Positions 48,483-57,088 of a stretch of DNA of 64,000 bases are shown here, one piece after another. Under the pieces are notes generated by a model. It did no database searches. It saw nothing but the letters and a program-made list of their open reading frames with translations, and had not been told where the DNA came from. The DNA is from an uncultured Alphaproteobacteria bacterium (GTDB taxonomy: Bacteria; Pseudomonadota; Alphaproteobacteria; Rhizobiales; Hyphomicrobiaceae). A program made the position numbers and the translations under genes. Where the stretch lies: contig CAWAZY010000001.1 of NCBI GenBank assembly GCA_963786675.1, positions 157,102 through 221,101 on the forward strand. Direction: 5' to 3'. Position 1 is the stretch's first letter. Every line of letters begins with the position of its first letter.

Positions 48483-48734
48483 TGCAAACCCTCCCACACG
48501 GACGTAGAGCAGCCCCTGCCCGACACAGGCCGACCGCTAAACTTTGTCCTTGCAGTAAAGCAAAGTCGGCTAAACATCGGGAGAAAGCGGGTGTTGGCAA
48601 TTTAAGCAAAGTTTAATCAAATGCCGGGGTGGTACTTCACGTTTTGATAACGATTCGCCGTCGCGCGCGGCGGACCATATAATAGAGTGCATTCAAATCC
48701 CCGCGAGGCGGGCTCCACACGCCCGAGCCAAAAC

Positions 48735-48765
48735 AAAAAACCGCCGGCATGCCGGCGGTTTTTCT
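48735..48765 (-). terminator. Rho-independent terminator after the pilus N-domain gene
   Basis: Perfect stem ACCGCCGGC-AT-GCCGGCGGT (48740-48759), flanked by an A-run on + (a T-run on -) and TTTT on +. It separates the 48834-49355 gene from the TadE genes. Confidence 0.75.
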
Positions 48766-48833
48766 GTCTGACATCAAAGTCGCTCAATTAAACCGCGACG
48801 CGGAAGGGCATCAGTTGGGCATTGCCCAAGCCA

Positions 48834-49355
48834 TTACTGATTGCCGCCGCCACCGGCGCTGCCTTCGCCACCCGACTCTGAGAATTTCGTCTTATTGGTA
48901 TTGTGCTTGGCGACCAGGTCGAAGAAGGCCGTGTCGTCACCGATCGTCAGGGTCGGCGAGCAGTTGGGCGTGCAGCTGTAGGACTGGCGCTGCCCGGCAC
49001 GGCTGAGGTTGACAACGCTGCGCTCGTCGCGCTCGACGATCACACGCTGATCCTGGATCACATTCTTCTCGGCATCGAGAGCAATGATGTTCGTGATGCC
49101 GAAGGTCTTGCCGGTCACGACCAGCATATTGCCACCTTGGACCGTGACATCCGCAATGGACGAGTTGCCGATGATGATTTCGGCCACGGGACGGGGCATG
49201 CGCAGCAGCTGGGACTGGTCGTACCGGACAATCAGGTCATCCGCCTTGGCGATCGGAGCCGAGACCATGACCGTGGCAGCGATTGCGGCTGCGACAAACC
49301 AGCCCGGCAGCACCAGATCGGGCAAGAACGACCACTTAGCGGAGGCTTGAAACAT
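48834..49355 (-). CDS. Stand-alone 'pilus formation protein N-terminal region' (CpaC/RcpA N-domain-like) protein
   Basis: 173 aa with a signal/anchor segment. The segment LIVRYDQSQLLRMPRPVAEIIIGNSSIADVTVQGGNMLVVTGKTFGITNIIALD matches the N-domain of Tad secretins. No secretin domain follows; the protein ends CTPNC...SGGEGSAGGGGNQ. Confidence 0.7.
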   Translation of the reverse strand: MFQASAKWSFLPDLVLPGWFVAAAIAATVMVSAPIAKADDLIVRYDQSQLLRMPRPVAEIIIGNSSIADVTVQGGNMLVVTGKTFGITNIIALDAEKNVIQDQRVIVERDERSVVNLSRAGQRQSYSCTPNCSPTLTIGDDTAFFDLVAKHNTNKTKFSESGGEGSAGGGGNQ

Positions 49356-49639
49356 CGTTGGGACCTTTCAGCGGAAGAATTCTCCGCGATTAGGTCAGCA
49401 ATTGGTGAAGGAAGTGCAAACGCGCGTCCCGGACCGGCGCAAGGCCGTCCCCGCCTGTGATCCGGCGGGGGCATTGACCCGTCAAATTCACATCATTCTT
49501 GAACTATCGCCTGATTTGAACAGGTTGGCGCGCATGGCCACTGGGCCGGCAAACCACTATTACCGCAGATGTGCCCCGCCCCAGCCCACGCGCGCGCCAG
49601 TCGGATCTAGTCCAGGGCACCCAAGATCTGAAGGTTTGG

Positions 49640-49850
49640 TTGCGTTCAAAGTGCGATAATCCACACACAACCAATTATTAACGACACAAGCGCCTCTTCG
49701 TCGAAGCAAAACACATGATAAATACAAAATTAATCAAACATAGTCATAGCGAATACTTTGATAACTTGAGTTCTCTTCTATTTATAACATGGTTATTAAT
49801 GGCAGTGCAAGAAGTCTTTATGCGCTAGTCTTTGGTTTTTACCTGAGCTT
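49640..49850. promoter_or_regulatory. Conspicuously AT-rich intergenic tract upstream of flp-1
   Basis: Runs such as CAATTATTAACGACA, GATAAATACAAAATTAATCAAACATAG and TTCTATTTATAACATGGTTATTAATGG stand out in an otherwise GC-rich window. The tract lies between divergent pilus genes. Confidence 0.5.
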
Positions 49851-49952
49851 AAGAGGTGAGGGGGTAAGGTCACTCCAGTTCAGACGCACGGGCCGAACCC
49901 AAAGCAAATGAACTGTTTGGAACACTGTAACAGTGGATTGGGAGACTACATC

Positions 49953-50126
49953 ATGACCATCTTTTCTCGCTTCCTGAAGGACGAGTTGGGCGCCACGGCA
50001 ATCGAGTACGGCCTCATCGCCGCTCTCGTGGGCGTTGGCATCATCGTCGCTCTCGGCAACCTCGAAGCCGGCCTGTCGACGCTCTTCACGTCGATCGGTA
50101 CCGACCTGACGAACGCCGCTAACTAA
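49953..50126 (+). CDS. flp: Flp/Fap-family type IVb pilin
   Basis: 57 aa from ATG 49953, with GGGAGA 8 nt upstream: MTIFSRFLKDELG|ATAIEYGLIAALVGVGIIVAL.... It carries the Flp G/xxxxEY processing motif. Confidence 0.85.
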   Translation: MTIFSRFLKDELGATAIEYGLIAALVGVGIIVALGNLEAGLSTLFTSIGTDLTNAAN

Positions 50127-50189
50127 GCCTCGACTGTCTGCCTCGTTCTGCGAGGCAGACATCACCGAGCCGCTTTAAGCGACATGGAA

Positions 50190-50227
50190 GCCCGCCCGGC
50201 ACATCACCGGGTGGGCTTTTCATTTGC
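50190..50227 (+). terminator. Rho-independent terminator after flp-1
   Basis: Stem AAGCCCGCCCGG (50190-50201) pairs with CCGGGTGGGCTT (50209-50220), followed by TTCATTT. A second T-less hairpin GTCTGCCTCG/CGAGGCAGAC lies at 50136-50160. Confidence 0.6.
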
Positions 50228-50380
50228 AGCAGATCTTGAGCGGCGTAGCGGATCGGCGTCAAAGGCGGGAAACACAAAGCCCTGCGTTTCACGCGATGTT
50301 AAAGCTCCCGGTCAATACTCACCGGATCAAAAGCAGTTGGGACCACCAGGCGCTTCGAGGCGTTTCTAGGGATTACTGAA

Positions 50381-50554
50381 ATGACCATTATTGCGAAGTT
50401 CATCGCGGATGACGCAGGCGCCACCGCCATCGAGTACGCGCTCATTGCTGCGCTGGTCAGCGTCGGCATCATAGTGGCGCTGAACAACTTCACTGACGGG
50501 CTGAACACGCTGTTCACGTTCATCCAAGATACCTACCTCGCCGCCTACAACTAG
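50381..50554 (+). CDS. flp: Second Flp/Fap-family pilin (below the ORF-track length cut-off)
   Basis: My translation from ATG 50381: MTIIAKFIADDAG|ATAIEYALIAALVSVGIIVALNNFTDGLNTLFTFIQDTYLAAYN*, 57 aa. It is a paralogue of flp-1. The track shows only the antisense ORF 50299-50523. Confidence 0.85.
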   Translation: MTIIAKFIADDAGATAIEYALIAALVSVGIIVALNNFTDGLNTLFTFIQDTYLAAYN

Positions 50555-50557
50555 GCT

Positions 50558-51751
50558 CTACGTGGCCGGCGAGGCTGCAGCATCGAAATAGCGCGCGATG
50601 AAGCGCTGGTAGATGGCCGTCAGGTTTTGCAAGTCGGCCACCGGCACATGCTCGTCGATCTGGTGGATGGTCCGGTTGACCAGCCCGAACTCGACGACCG
50701 GGCAATAGTCCTTGATGAAGCGGGCATCCGATGTGCCCCCTGACGTCGAAAGCTCCGGCCGCCGGCCCGTCTCGGCCGCAACCGCGTCCACCAGCGTATC
50801 GACCAGCGGTCCCGGCGCGGTCAGAAAGACATCGCCCGTTCCTTCAAACGCCACATCGAAGCGTGCGCCTGTCGCCACTGCTGCCGCATCGCATTGAAGC
50901 CTGACCCACTCTTCGATAGTGGGACGCCGCCACAAATCATTGTAGCGCACATTGAAGATCGCCCGCGCCGACGCCGGAATGACGTTGGAGGCTGTATTCG
51001 GCACCGAAATCACGGTGACCTGGCAATTCGAGGGCTCGAAGTGTGCGGTGCCCTCATCGATCTTTTGACCCGTCAAGCGATCAATAAAGCGGGCAAGTTT
51101 CGGCACCGGATTTTCGGCGCGTTGCGGATAGGCGGCATGACCTTGAATGCCATGCACGACCAGCGCGCCCGTCACCGAACCCCGGCGGCCGATCTTGATT
51201 GCATCACCCAGCTGGTCGGGATTGGATGGCTCGCCGACGAGGCAGGCATCGAGCCGTTCGCCCCGCGCGGCCAGGGCTTGCAGCACCTTGACGGTTCCAT
51301 TGATCGACGGCCCTTCCTCATCGCCCGTGATGAGCAGCGAAATGGAGCCACGCGCCGGATCACCCCCCGCTTGCAGATGCCGGTGAACGGCGGCGACGAA
51401 GCAGGCGATGGCCCCCTTCATGTCGACGGCACCGCGACCGTACAGAATGCCGCCGCGAAGCTCGGGCTCGAAAGGGTCGGATGTCCAAGCCGCGAGATCG
51501 CCCGGCGGCACCACGTCCGTATGTCCAGCAAAGCAGAGATTGGGGCCGGCCGCACCGCGCCGCGCGTAGAGGTTCTGCACGTCGGGCGTGTCCACATCCG
51601 AAAATGTCATGCGGTCACAGGCAAACCCGGCGGCGCCTAGGACTGTCTCCAAGAGCGTCAGTGCGCCTCCCTCATCCGGTGTCACGCTGCGACAGCGGAT
51701 CAGCGCCTTGGTCAGTTCAACGGGATCGGTGGCATCGAGTAGCGCGGGCAT
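50558..51751 (-). CDS. dapE: Succinyl-diaminopimelate desuccinylase
   Basis: 397 aa M20 peptidase with FAGHTDVVPPG and ITGDEEG. It sits in a dapE/dapD neighbourhood. Confidence 0.9.
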   Translation of the reverse strand: MPALLDATDPVELTKALIRCRSVTPDEGGALTLLETVLGAAGFACDRMTFSDVDTPDVQNLYARRGAAGPNLCFAGHTDVVPPGDLAAWTSDPFEPELRGGILYGRGAVDMKGAIACFVAAVHRHLQAGGDPARGSISLLITGDEEGPSINGTVKVLQALAARGERLDACLVGEPSNPDQLGDAIKIGRRGSVTGALVVHGIQGHAAYPQRAENPVPKLARFIDRLTGQKIDEGTAHFEPSNCQVTVISVPNTASNVIPASARAIFNVRYNDLWRRPTIEEWVRLQCDAAAVATGARFDVAFEGTGDVFLTAPGPLVDTLVDAVAAETGRRPELSTSGGTSDARFIKDYCPVVEFGLVNRTIHQIDEHVPVADLQNLTAIYQRFIARYFDAAASPAT

Positions 51752-51811
51752 GCGTTAAGTCCGGTCGGGGCTTGATCGGCGGGCGCCCGACCCTATCGGC
51801 ATCGGGCAGCC

Positions 51812-51931
51812 GGTGCAAAGCACCAACAATTAAAGGGTGCAAAGCACCAACAATAAACGAGTGCCAAGCACCAACAGGCATCGTGGACAAGGTTCCAACG
51901 GAAATCGTGGGCCATGCACCACGGGATCAGG
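51812..51931. repeat. Five head-to-tail 24-bp units, the first two near-identical, each good unit containing the dyad GGTGC-AAA-GCACC
   Basis: Units: GGTGCAAAGCACCAACAATTAAAG / GGTGCAAAGCACCAACAATAAACG / AGTGCCAAGCACCAACAGGCATCG / TGGACAAGGTTCCAACGGAAATCG / TGGGCCATGCACCACGGGATCAGG. They lie 60-180 bp upstream of the dapE start codon. Confidence 0.8.
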
Positions 51932-52029
51932 CGGACGAGATGGCGACGCAGTGTCGGGCTCCGCATCCCTGCGTGCGACGGATTAAGTTGTAGAGGTTGC
52001 CTGCGTGTGGTGATGGAGTACTGCGCGTT

Positions 52030-52329
52030 TTAGCCTGCGGTGCGGGTTCGGCGGCCAAAACCTTGCGGCGACTTGCGCCGGTCGGGCGGCGCGTGCCGCC
52101 GCTCGCTCACATGCTGAGGCGGAACCGGCACTTCGGTCATCCGCCGGTCCGCGATCAGCGCATTGCGGCGGTCGGCTTCCACCTCCGGCGCGGTGCGCTG
52201 GCGGATCGCCAAATCGATGGCTGCCTGAGCGGATGCATAGCGCGCTTGGACCGGATCCACATCGTCCAGCTCGGATTCGACGGTCTCGGCCAGGCTAGGT
52301 TGACCGATGAGGGTCTTGAGCAATCCCAA
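52030..52329 (-). CDS. Hypothetical protein (99 aa), TTG start
   Basis: GGAGGTG lies 4 nt upstream of the TTG at comp. 52327-52329. Third codon positions are G/C-biased. It lies between dapD and dapE on the same strand. Confidence 0.5.
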   Translation of the reverse strand: MGLLKTLIGQPSLAETVESELDDVDPVQARYASAQAAIDLAIRQRTAPEVEADRRNALIADRRMTEVPVPPQHVSERRHAPPDRRKSPQGFGRRTRTAG

Positions 52330-52425
52330 ACTTCACCTCCCGCCGTCGCGGTCCATCGGCGATGACATCGCAACGTGCCCGTCGCGGGGTCCCGCAGACG
52401 AGCACAGATAACGGATTGTCTGTCC

Positions 52426-53268
52426 TCAATCTCTCAACAAATCGTTAATGCTCGTTTTCGAGCGGGTCTTTTCGTCGACCCGCTTCACGATCACGGCGCA
52501 ATAGAGGTTGGGACCAGGCTCTCCATTCGGAAGTGGCTTGCCCGGCATCGTGCCCGACACCACCACCGAATAGGGCGGCACCTTGCCGAAGAACTTCTCG
52601 CCCGTTGCGCGGTCGATGATCGTGGTCGACGCGCCGAGATAGACGCCCATCGACAGCACCGATCCCTCACCCACTTGCACGCCTTCCGCCACCTCGGCAC
52701 GCGCACCGATGAAGCAATTGTCTTCGATGATCACGGGGCCCGCCTGCAGCGGTTCCAGCACGCCACCGATCCCCGCGCCCCCCGAGATGTGACAGTTCTT
52801 GCCGATCTGCGCACAGGACCCGACCGTGGCCCAAGTATCGACCATGGTGCCCGAATCCACATAGGCGCCGAGATTGACGAACGACGGCAGCAGAACCGCG
52901 CCCGGGGCGATGTAGGCCGAGTGACGGACGATCGCCCCCGGCAGGACCCGGAACCCGCCCTTCTTGAAATCGGCCTCGGTCCAGCCCTGGAACTTCGGCG
53001 CGACCTTGTCCCAGTAGAAGGACCCGGCCGGCCCGCCCGAGATGAGGCCCATATCGTTCAGCCGGAAGGACAATAGAACGGCCTTTTTCAGCCACTGGTT
53101 GACGACCCAGCCGCCGTCCTGCTTCTCGGCCACCCGTGCCGCGCCCGTGTCGAGCAGGTTGAGCGCCGTCTCCACAGCATCCCGAACCTCGCCCTTGGTG
53201 GCGCTGGAAATGCTCTCCCGCGCATCCCACGCCGCGTCGATGGTTTTCTGAAGTTCGGCGTGCGCCAT
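52426..53268 (-). CDS. dapD: 2,3,4,5-tetrahydropyridine-2,6-dicarboxylate N-succinyltransferase
   Basis: 280 aa with the N-terminal DapD domain (IDAAWDARE...) followed by left-handed beta-helix hexapeptide repeats. Confidence 0.92.
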   Translation of the reverse strand: MAHAELQKTIDAAWDARESISSATKGEVRDAVETALNLLDTGAARVAEKQDGGWVVNQWLKKAVLLSFRLNDMGLISGGPAGSFYWDKVAPKFQGWTEADFKKGGFRVLPGAIVRHSAYIAPGAVLLPSFVNLGAYVDSGTMVDTWATVGSCAQIGKNCHISGGAGIGGVLEPLQAGPVIIEDNCFIGARAEVAEGVQVGEGSVLSMGVYLGASTTIIDRATGEKFFGKVPPYSVVVSGTMPGKPLPNGEPGPNLYCAVIVKRVDEKTRSKTSINDLLRD

Positions 53269-53548
53269 GGCTTGAGGCCCCTAAAACGTTGGAAAGCTAT
53301 TTCGATGAAGGCCTTGTGCCGTCCCGTCCCGCCCCTGTCAATCGGCCCGCGGCTGCACCCCCACCGTCCGGCTCCCAGCGCCCGGTTATGCCTCTGCGCC
53401 CGCCGGGCCACGTTCAAAGAAACACAACATTATTGCCGACAAACCCGTTCTCCCCCGGCCCGAATCTCGTCACTCTGCACCCGGATCGCCATCGCGATCT
53501 GGGCGGGCGCATGATCGCCGGCATGCCCTCCATAATGGAGATGGATCC

Positions 53549-53788
53549 ATGGCCAAGAGTGGCAGCACCAGTAAGTCCGTGGCATCGGCCGCGGCGAAGG
53601 TTCTCAAGAACAAGAAGTCCTCGCCTGCAGAACGCGCCGTTGCCGCCTCGGCACTGACGCAGAAGGGCAGCACCGAAAAGACGAGCGCCAAAGTCGCAAG
53701 CTCGGCCGGCAAGGTGCTGCGTTCCAAGACCGCCAGTAAGGAAGCCAAGGCCGCCGCTGCTTCCGCCCTTACGCAGAAGAAGCGCTGA
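53549..53788 (+). CDS. Small Lys/Ser/Ala-rich protein with an internal ~28-aa duplication
   Basis: 79 aa: SAAAKVLKNKKSSPAERAVAASALTQKG / SSAGKVLRSKTASKEAKAAAASALTQKK. A clean terminator follows. Confidence 0.55.
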   Translation: MAKSGSTSKSVASAAAKVLKNKKSSPAERAVAASALTQKGSTEKTSAKVASSAGKVLRSKTASKEAKAAAASALTQKKR

Positions 53789-53815
53789 GCCGACAAGCAA
53801 CGTCCCTCTGCAAAA

Positions 53816-53847
53816 GCCCTCGCATCGTTCCGGTGCGAGGGCTTTTT
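53816..53847. terminator. Bidirectional rho-independent terminator
   Basis: Stem GCCCTCGCA (53816-53824) pairs with TGCGAGGGC (53834-53842), then TTTTT. An A-run on the 5' side serves the convergent tlpA-like gene. Confidence 0.8.
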
Positions 53848-53881
53848 GTATGCCGTGCCAGTACCGGCGCGTGAACTCGTC

Positions 53882-54529
53882 TTACTTCAGGGCCTCGGCA
53901 ATGAGCGCCTTGGCTTCCGCGCTGTCCCACTCGGCAGGTCCCGGCAGACGGCCCAGTTCACGCCCATCTTTTCCAATCAGAATTGTCGTCGGCATCCCCA
54001 CCGCGCGCAAGGCATTGCCCGCCTTCATGGTGCTGTCGATGTACAGCTTCAGGTTCTGCACCTTGATCTCGTCGAAGAACTTGCGCGCCGCATCCTTGCC
54101 GCCGCGATCCAGGCTGAGGGCCACAACCTCGAACGTGTTCGAGCCCAACTCTTTCTGCAGCCGGTCGAGCGAGGGCATTTCGTGACGGCAGGGTCCGCAC
54201 CACGTGGCCCAGAGGTTCAAGAGCACGGCTTTGCCCTTGAAGTCGGCCAGGGTGCGCGCCGCACCGCTCTCGTCCAGAAACGCGACTTCGGGCAGGTCGG
54301 CGGGCGGATTGCGCCGCACGAACCCGGCAAAGGCCCGCGCCGCGCCCACCGACCTCGTTTCCGGGGCAATCATGCCCGCCGCCAATGGCGCGCCCGCTCC
54401 ACCGTTGTCAGGCTGCCCCAGGGTGACGTATACCGCCGCAAAGCTGATGGCAGCCGCCACCAGCGCGGCACCCGTGAGGGCGCGCTTTGAAATGCCGGGT
54501 TGCCCGGGCGAACGGTTGTCGTCCGTCAT
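53882..54529 (-). CDS. TlpA/ResA-like periplasmic thiol:disulfide oxidoreductase
   Basis: 215 aa with a membrane anchor and the thioredoxin motif [16 protein letters not shown]. Confidence 0.85.
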   Translation of the reverse strand: MTDDNRSPGQPGISKRALTGAALVAAAISFAAVYVTLGQPDNGGAGAPLAAGMIAPETRSVGAARAFAGFVRRNPPADLPEVAFLDESGAARTLADFKGKAVLLNLWATWCGPCRHEMPSLDRLQKELGSNTFEVVALSLDRGGKDAARKFFDEIKVQNLKLYIDSTMKAGNALRAVGMPTTILIGKDGRELGRLPGPAEWDSAEAKALIAEALK

Positions 54530-54586
54530 CCTCTATCCTTTCATTGCCGCACCGAAAGACGCCGGCTTAAGGAGCCCGTGATCCCA

Positions 54587-55996
54587 GTGACAGCCAAGAC
54601 CTCGAACCAGATGTGGGGCGGCCGCTTCGACATGTCCCCGGCCGAGATCATGGAGGAGATAAATGCCTCCATCGGTTTCGACAAGGTATTGGCGCCTCAG
54701 GACATCCGGGGCTCCAAGGCGCACGCGGCCATGCTGGCTGACGCTGGCATCATAACGAAAGCCGATGCGGAAGCGATCTCAGCGGGTCTCGACCAGATCG
54801 CCGCCGAGGTCGCAGACGGCTCGTTTACCTTCAGCCGCGCGCTTGAAGACGTCCATATGAACGTGGAAAGCCGGCTGAAGGATGTCGTCGGCACACCCGC
54901 CGGCCGGCTGCACACGGCGCGCTCGCGCAACGATCAGGTGGCGACCGATTTCCGGCTCTGGGTGCGCGATGCCATCGACGGCATCGACGCCGGCTTGCGC
55001 GCGCTGCAACGGGCGCTGGCCACCAAGGCGGAAACCCACGCCGCCACCGTCATGCCGGGTTTCACACATTTGCAGCCGGCCCAGCCCGTCACCTTCGGCC
55101 ACCATCTGATGGCCTACGTGGAAATGATCGGACGTGATCGCGGCCGGTTCGCGGACGCACGCCGCCGCCTCAACGAAAGCCCGCTTGGCTCGGCAGCACT
55201 TGCGGGAACATCGTTCCCCATCGACCGGCACCAGACGGCGGCGGCGCTTGGCTTCGACCGCCCGATGGCCAATTCGCTGGACGGCGTGTCGGATCGCGAT
55301 TTTGCGCTTGAAACATTGGCTGCCGCCACCATCGCCGCCGTGCACATGTCGCGTCTGGCCGAAGAGATCGTGATCTGGATGACGCCGCAGTTCGGCTTCA
55401 TCACGCTGACCGACAAGTTCACCACCGGCTCGTCGATCATGCCGCAGAAGCGCAACCCGGATGCGGCGGAGCTGTCGCGCGCCAAGGTCGGACGCATCGC
55501 GGGCGCACTGCAGAGCCTAGTCGTAGTGATGAAGGGTCTCCCGCTCGCCTATTCGAAGGACATGCAGGAAGACAAGGAAGTCACGTTCGACGCCATCGCG
55601 TCCTTGAAACTGGTCATCGCCGCCATGACCGGCATGGTGGACGACATGGAACCCGTGGCCGCCAAGATGCGCGACGCGGCCGGACGGGGCTACTCGACCG
55701 CCACCGATCTCGCCGACTGGCTCGTGCGCGAACTGAAGATGCCGTTCCGGGATGCCCACCACGTGACCGGCAGCATCGTCAAAGCCGCCGAACTGAAGGG
55801 GCTGGACCTCGATGCGCTCCCGCTGGCCGACATGCAGGCCATCGAGCCGCGCATCACGAAAGATGTCTACAGCGTTCTATCCGTTGAGAATTCCGTGAAA
55901 AGCCGGGTCAGCTATGGGGGAACCGCGCCACAGAACGTCGCCAAAATGGCCCGTGGCTGGCTGGAGCGGTTGGAAAAGGAGCCCAAGACGGGCTAA
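54587..55996 (+). CDS. argH: Argininosuccinate lyase
   Basis: MWGGRF... N-terminus and the fumarate-lyase signature [12 protein letters not shown]. The start is uncertain (GTG 54578/54587 or ATG 54611); the track start 54500 overlaps the tlpA-like gene. Confidence 0.93.
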   Translation: MTAKTSNQMWGGRFDMSPAEIMEEINASIGFDKVLAPQDIRGSKAHAAMLADAGIITKADAEAISAGLDQIAAEVADGSFTFSRALEDVHMNVESRLKDVVGTPAGRLHTARSRNDQVATDFRLWVRDAIDGIDAGLRALQRALATKAETHAATVMPGFTHLQPAQPVTFGHHLMAYVEMIGRDRGRFADARRRLNESPLGSAALAGTSFPIDRHQTAAALGFDRPMANSLDGVSDRDFALETLAAATIAAVHMSRLAEEIVIWMTPQFGFITLTDKFTTGSSIMPQKRNPDAAELSRAKVGRIAGALQSLVVVMKGLPLAYSKDMQEDKEVTFDAIASLKLVIAAMTGMVDDMEPVAAKMRDAAGRGYSTATDLADWLVRELKMPFRDAHHVTGSIVKAAELKGLDLDALPLADMQAIEPRITKDVYSVLSVENSVKSRVSYGGTAPQNVAKMARGWLERLEKEPKTG

Positions 55997-56007
55997 AAGG
56001 TTTCCTG

Positions 56008-56271
56008 GTGAAGTTTTCTTGGCGGAATGACATGCGCATGGCCCATTTATTCGCGCGCCCGGCTGCAACGGACGGATTGGTCCGGCTTACGGTTCGCGTT
56101 GCGTGCGCGGGTACAATGGCAGCACTGCTGACAGCCTGTGGCGTGCGCGGCAGTCTGGAAGCTCCCAAGGCCCAGGATGACACCGCAACGGCCGAATCCG
56201 CGCAGGGTAAGGCGGAAGGTGCCGCTGCCAAGCCGCACAAGGGCTTCATCCTCGACGGCCTGATCCGCTAG
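56008..56271 (+). CDS. Small lipoprotein located between argH and lysA
   Basis: Lipobox LLTAC followed by a short Ala/Lys/Gln-rich mature peptide. The start is ambiguous. The position recalls the small lipoprotein commonly found upstream of lysA/dapF in proteobacteria. Confidence 0.55.
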   Translation: MKFSWRNDMRMAHLFARPAATDGLVRLTVRVACAGTMAALLTACGVRGSLEAPKAQDDTATAESAQGKAEGAAAKPHKGFILDGLIR

Positions 56272-56295
56272 GCGGCGGTCGGAGCGCCCCTCACT

Positions 56296-57027
56296 TTATC
56301 GACATCTCTCATTGAGCCGGCACAACGTCAGCACGTCGACGGTGGCGTGCGTTTGTCCCGCCACGGGCTGACAGAGGGCAGCAGCACGGCGCTCGGTCGT
56401 GACGGACCAGCCGCGGGTCTGCATCAGCGTGACGAACGCGCCCGTGTGCGGCCGCGCAGGGTCGGTGAAAATGGCCGTGCCGCACGCTCCGACGGAACGC
56501 TCCAAGACATCCGCCAGATCCTGGAACAGCCCCGCGTCGTAGAGCACGTCAGCGCCGAGCACGATGCCGAAGCGCTGCGTCAGCGGCCAGCTGGTCCAAT
56601 CGGCCAAGGCTTGCGTCACACCGGTCATGCGGTTTGCGGCGGCATTGGCCCGGCAGACAGCAAGCGCCTCGGCGCTGTGGTCGGTCTGCAAAACGGTGGC
56701 GCCTGCGCGGGCCGCTGCAAGCCCGGCCAATCCGACACCGGCGCCCAGCTCCAGAACGCTTGCATGCTCAAATTCGCACACCCGTTCGGCGACGACGTCG
56801 GCCAGGACAATCGCTGATTCCCACAACAACAGCCCGAACGGAAAGGCGGACAGCCCATCGGACGCGGCCAGAAGCGCATCGTGATCGGCCACGCACGCGA
56901 TCCGCCACCGTGCGCCGCCGGCCTCGACACTGCGGGTCTCCAGCGGCAGGCCCGCAAGGGACCCGCCAGCCGCCTCTTGGTCAGGTCCTGTCACGTCATC
57001 TCTCTCGCCCATTGCGTCGGGGGCCAT
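56296..57027 (-). CDS. Class I SAM-dependent methyltransferase (Methyltransf_16/protein-lysine MTase-like)
   Basis: 243 aa with SAM motif VLELGAGVGLAGLAAARAGATVLQTD. Confidence 0.65.
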   Translation of the reverse strand: MAPDAMGERDDVTGPDQEAAGGSLAGLPLETRSVEAGGARWRIACVADHDALLAASDGLSAFPFGLLLWESAIVLADVVAERVCEFEHASVLELGAGVGLAGLAAARAGATVLQTDHSAEALAVCRANAAANRMTGVTQALADWTSWPLTQRFGIVLGADVLYDAGLFQDLADVLERSVGACGTAIFTDPARPHTGAFVTLMQTRGWSVTTERRAAALCQPVAGQTHATVDVLTLCRLNERCR

Positions 57028-57088
57028 TCAACCCCTATAGCTCGCGAAACTGCCTCTGTCCTGCCGGCCTCAAGGTTATCGCGCTGCC

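Noticed and set aside
49719-49733. CtrA-box-like TAAA-N7-TTAA upstream of flp-1
   Set aside because: It is only a partial match to TTAA-N7-TTAAC, and in an AT-rich tract such matches are expected by chance. I mention it only as something to test.
46289-50554. Calling the Tad/Flp block a mobile genomic island
   Set aside because: I could find no integrase, transposase, flanking tRNA or direct repeats. Only the AT-rich spacer and the disrupted glyQS context hint at insertion, so I did not annotate it as a mobile element.
51812-51931. CRISPR array
   Set aside because: The units abut with no spacers, are only 24 bp long, decay rapidly, and have no cas genes nearby.
51481-51993. 170-aa + strand ORF whose C-terminus would carry 8-aa repeats (CKAPTIKG CKAPTINE CQAPTGIV...)
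   Set aside because: Most of it is antisense to dapE, and there is no start codon or RBS in the intergenic part. The peptide repeat is simply the translation of the 24-bp DNA repeat.
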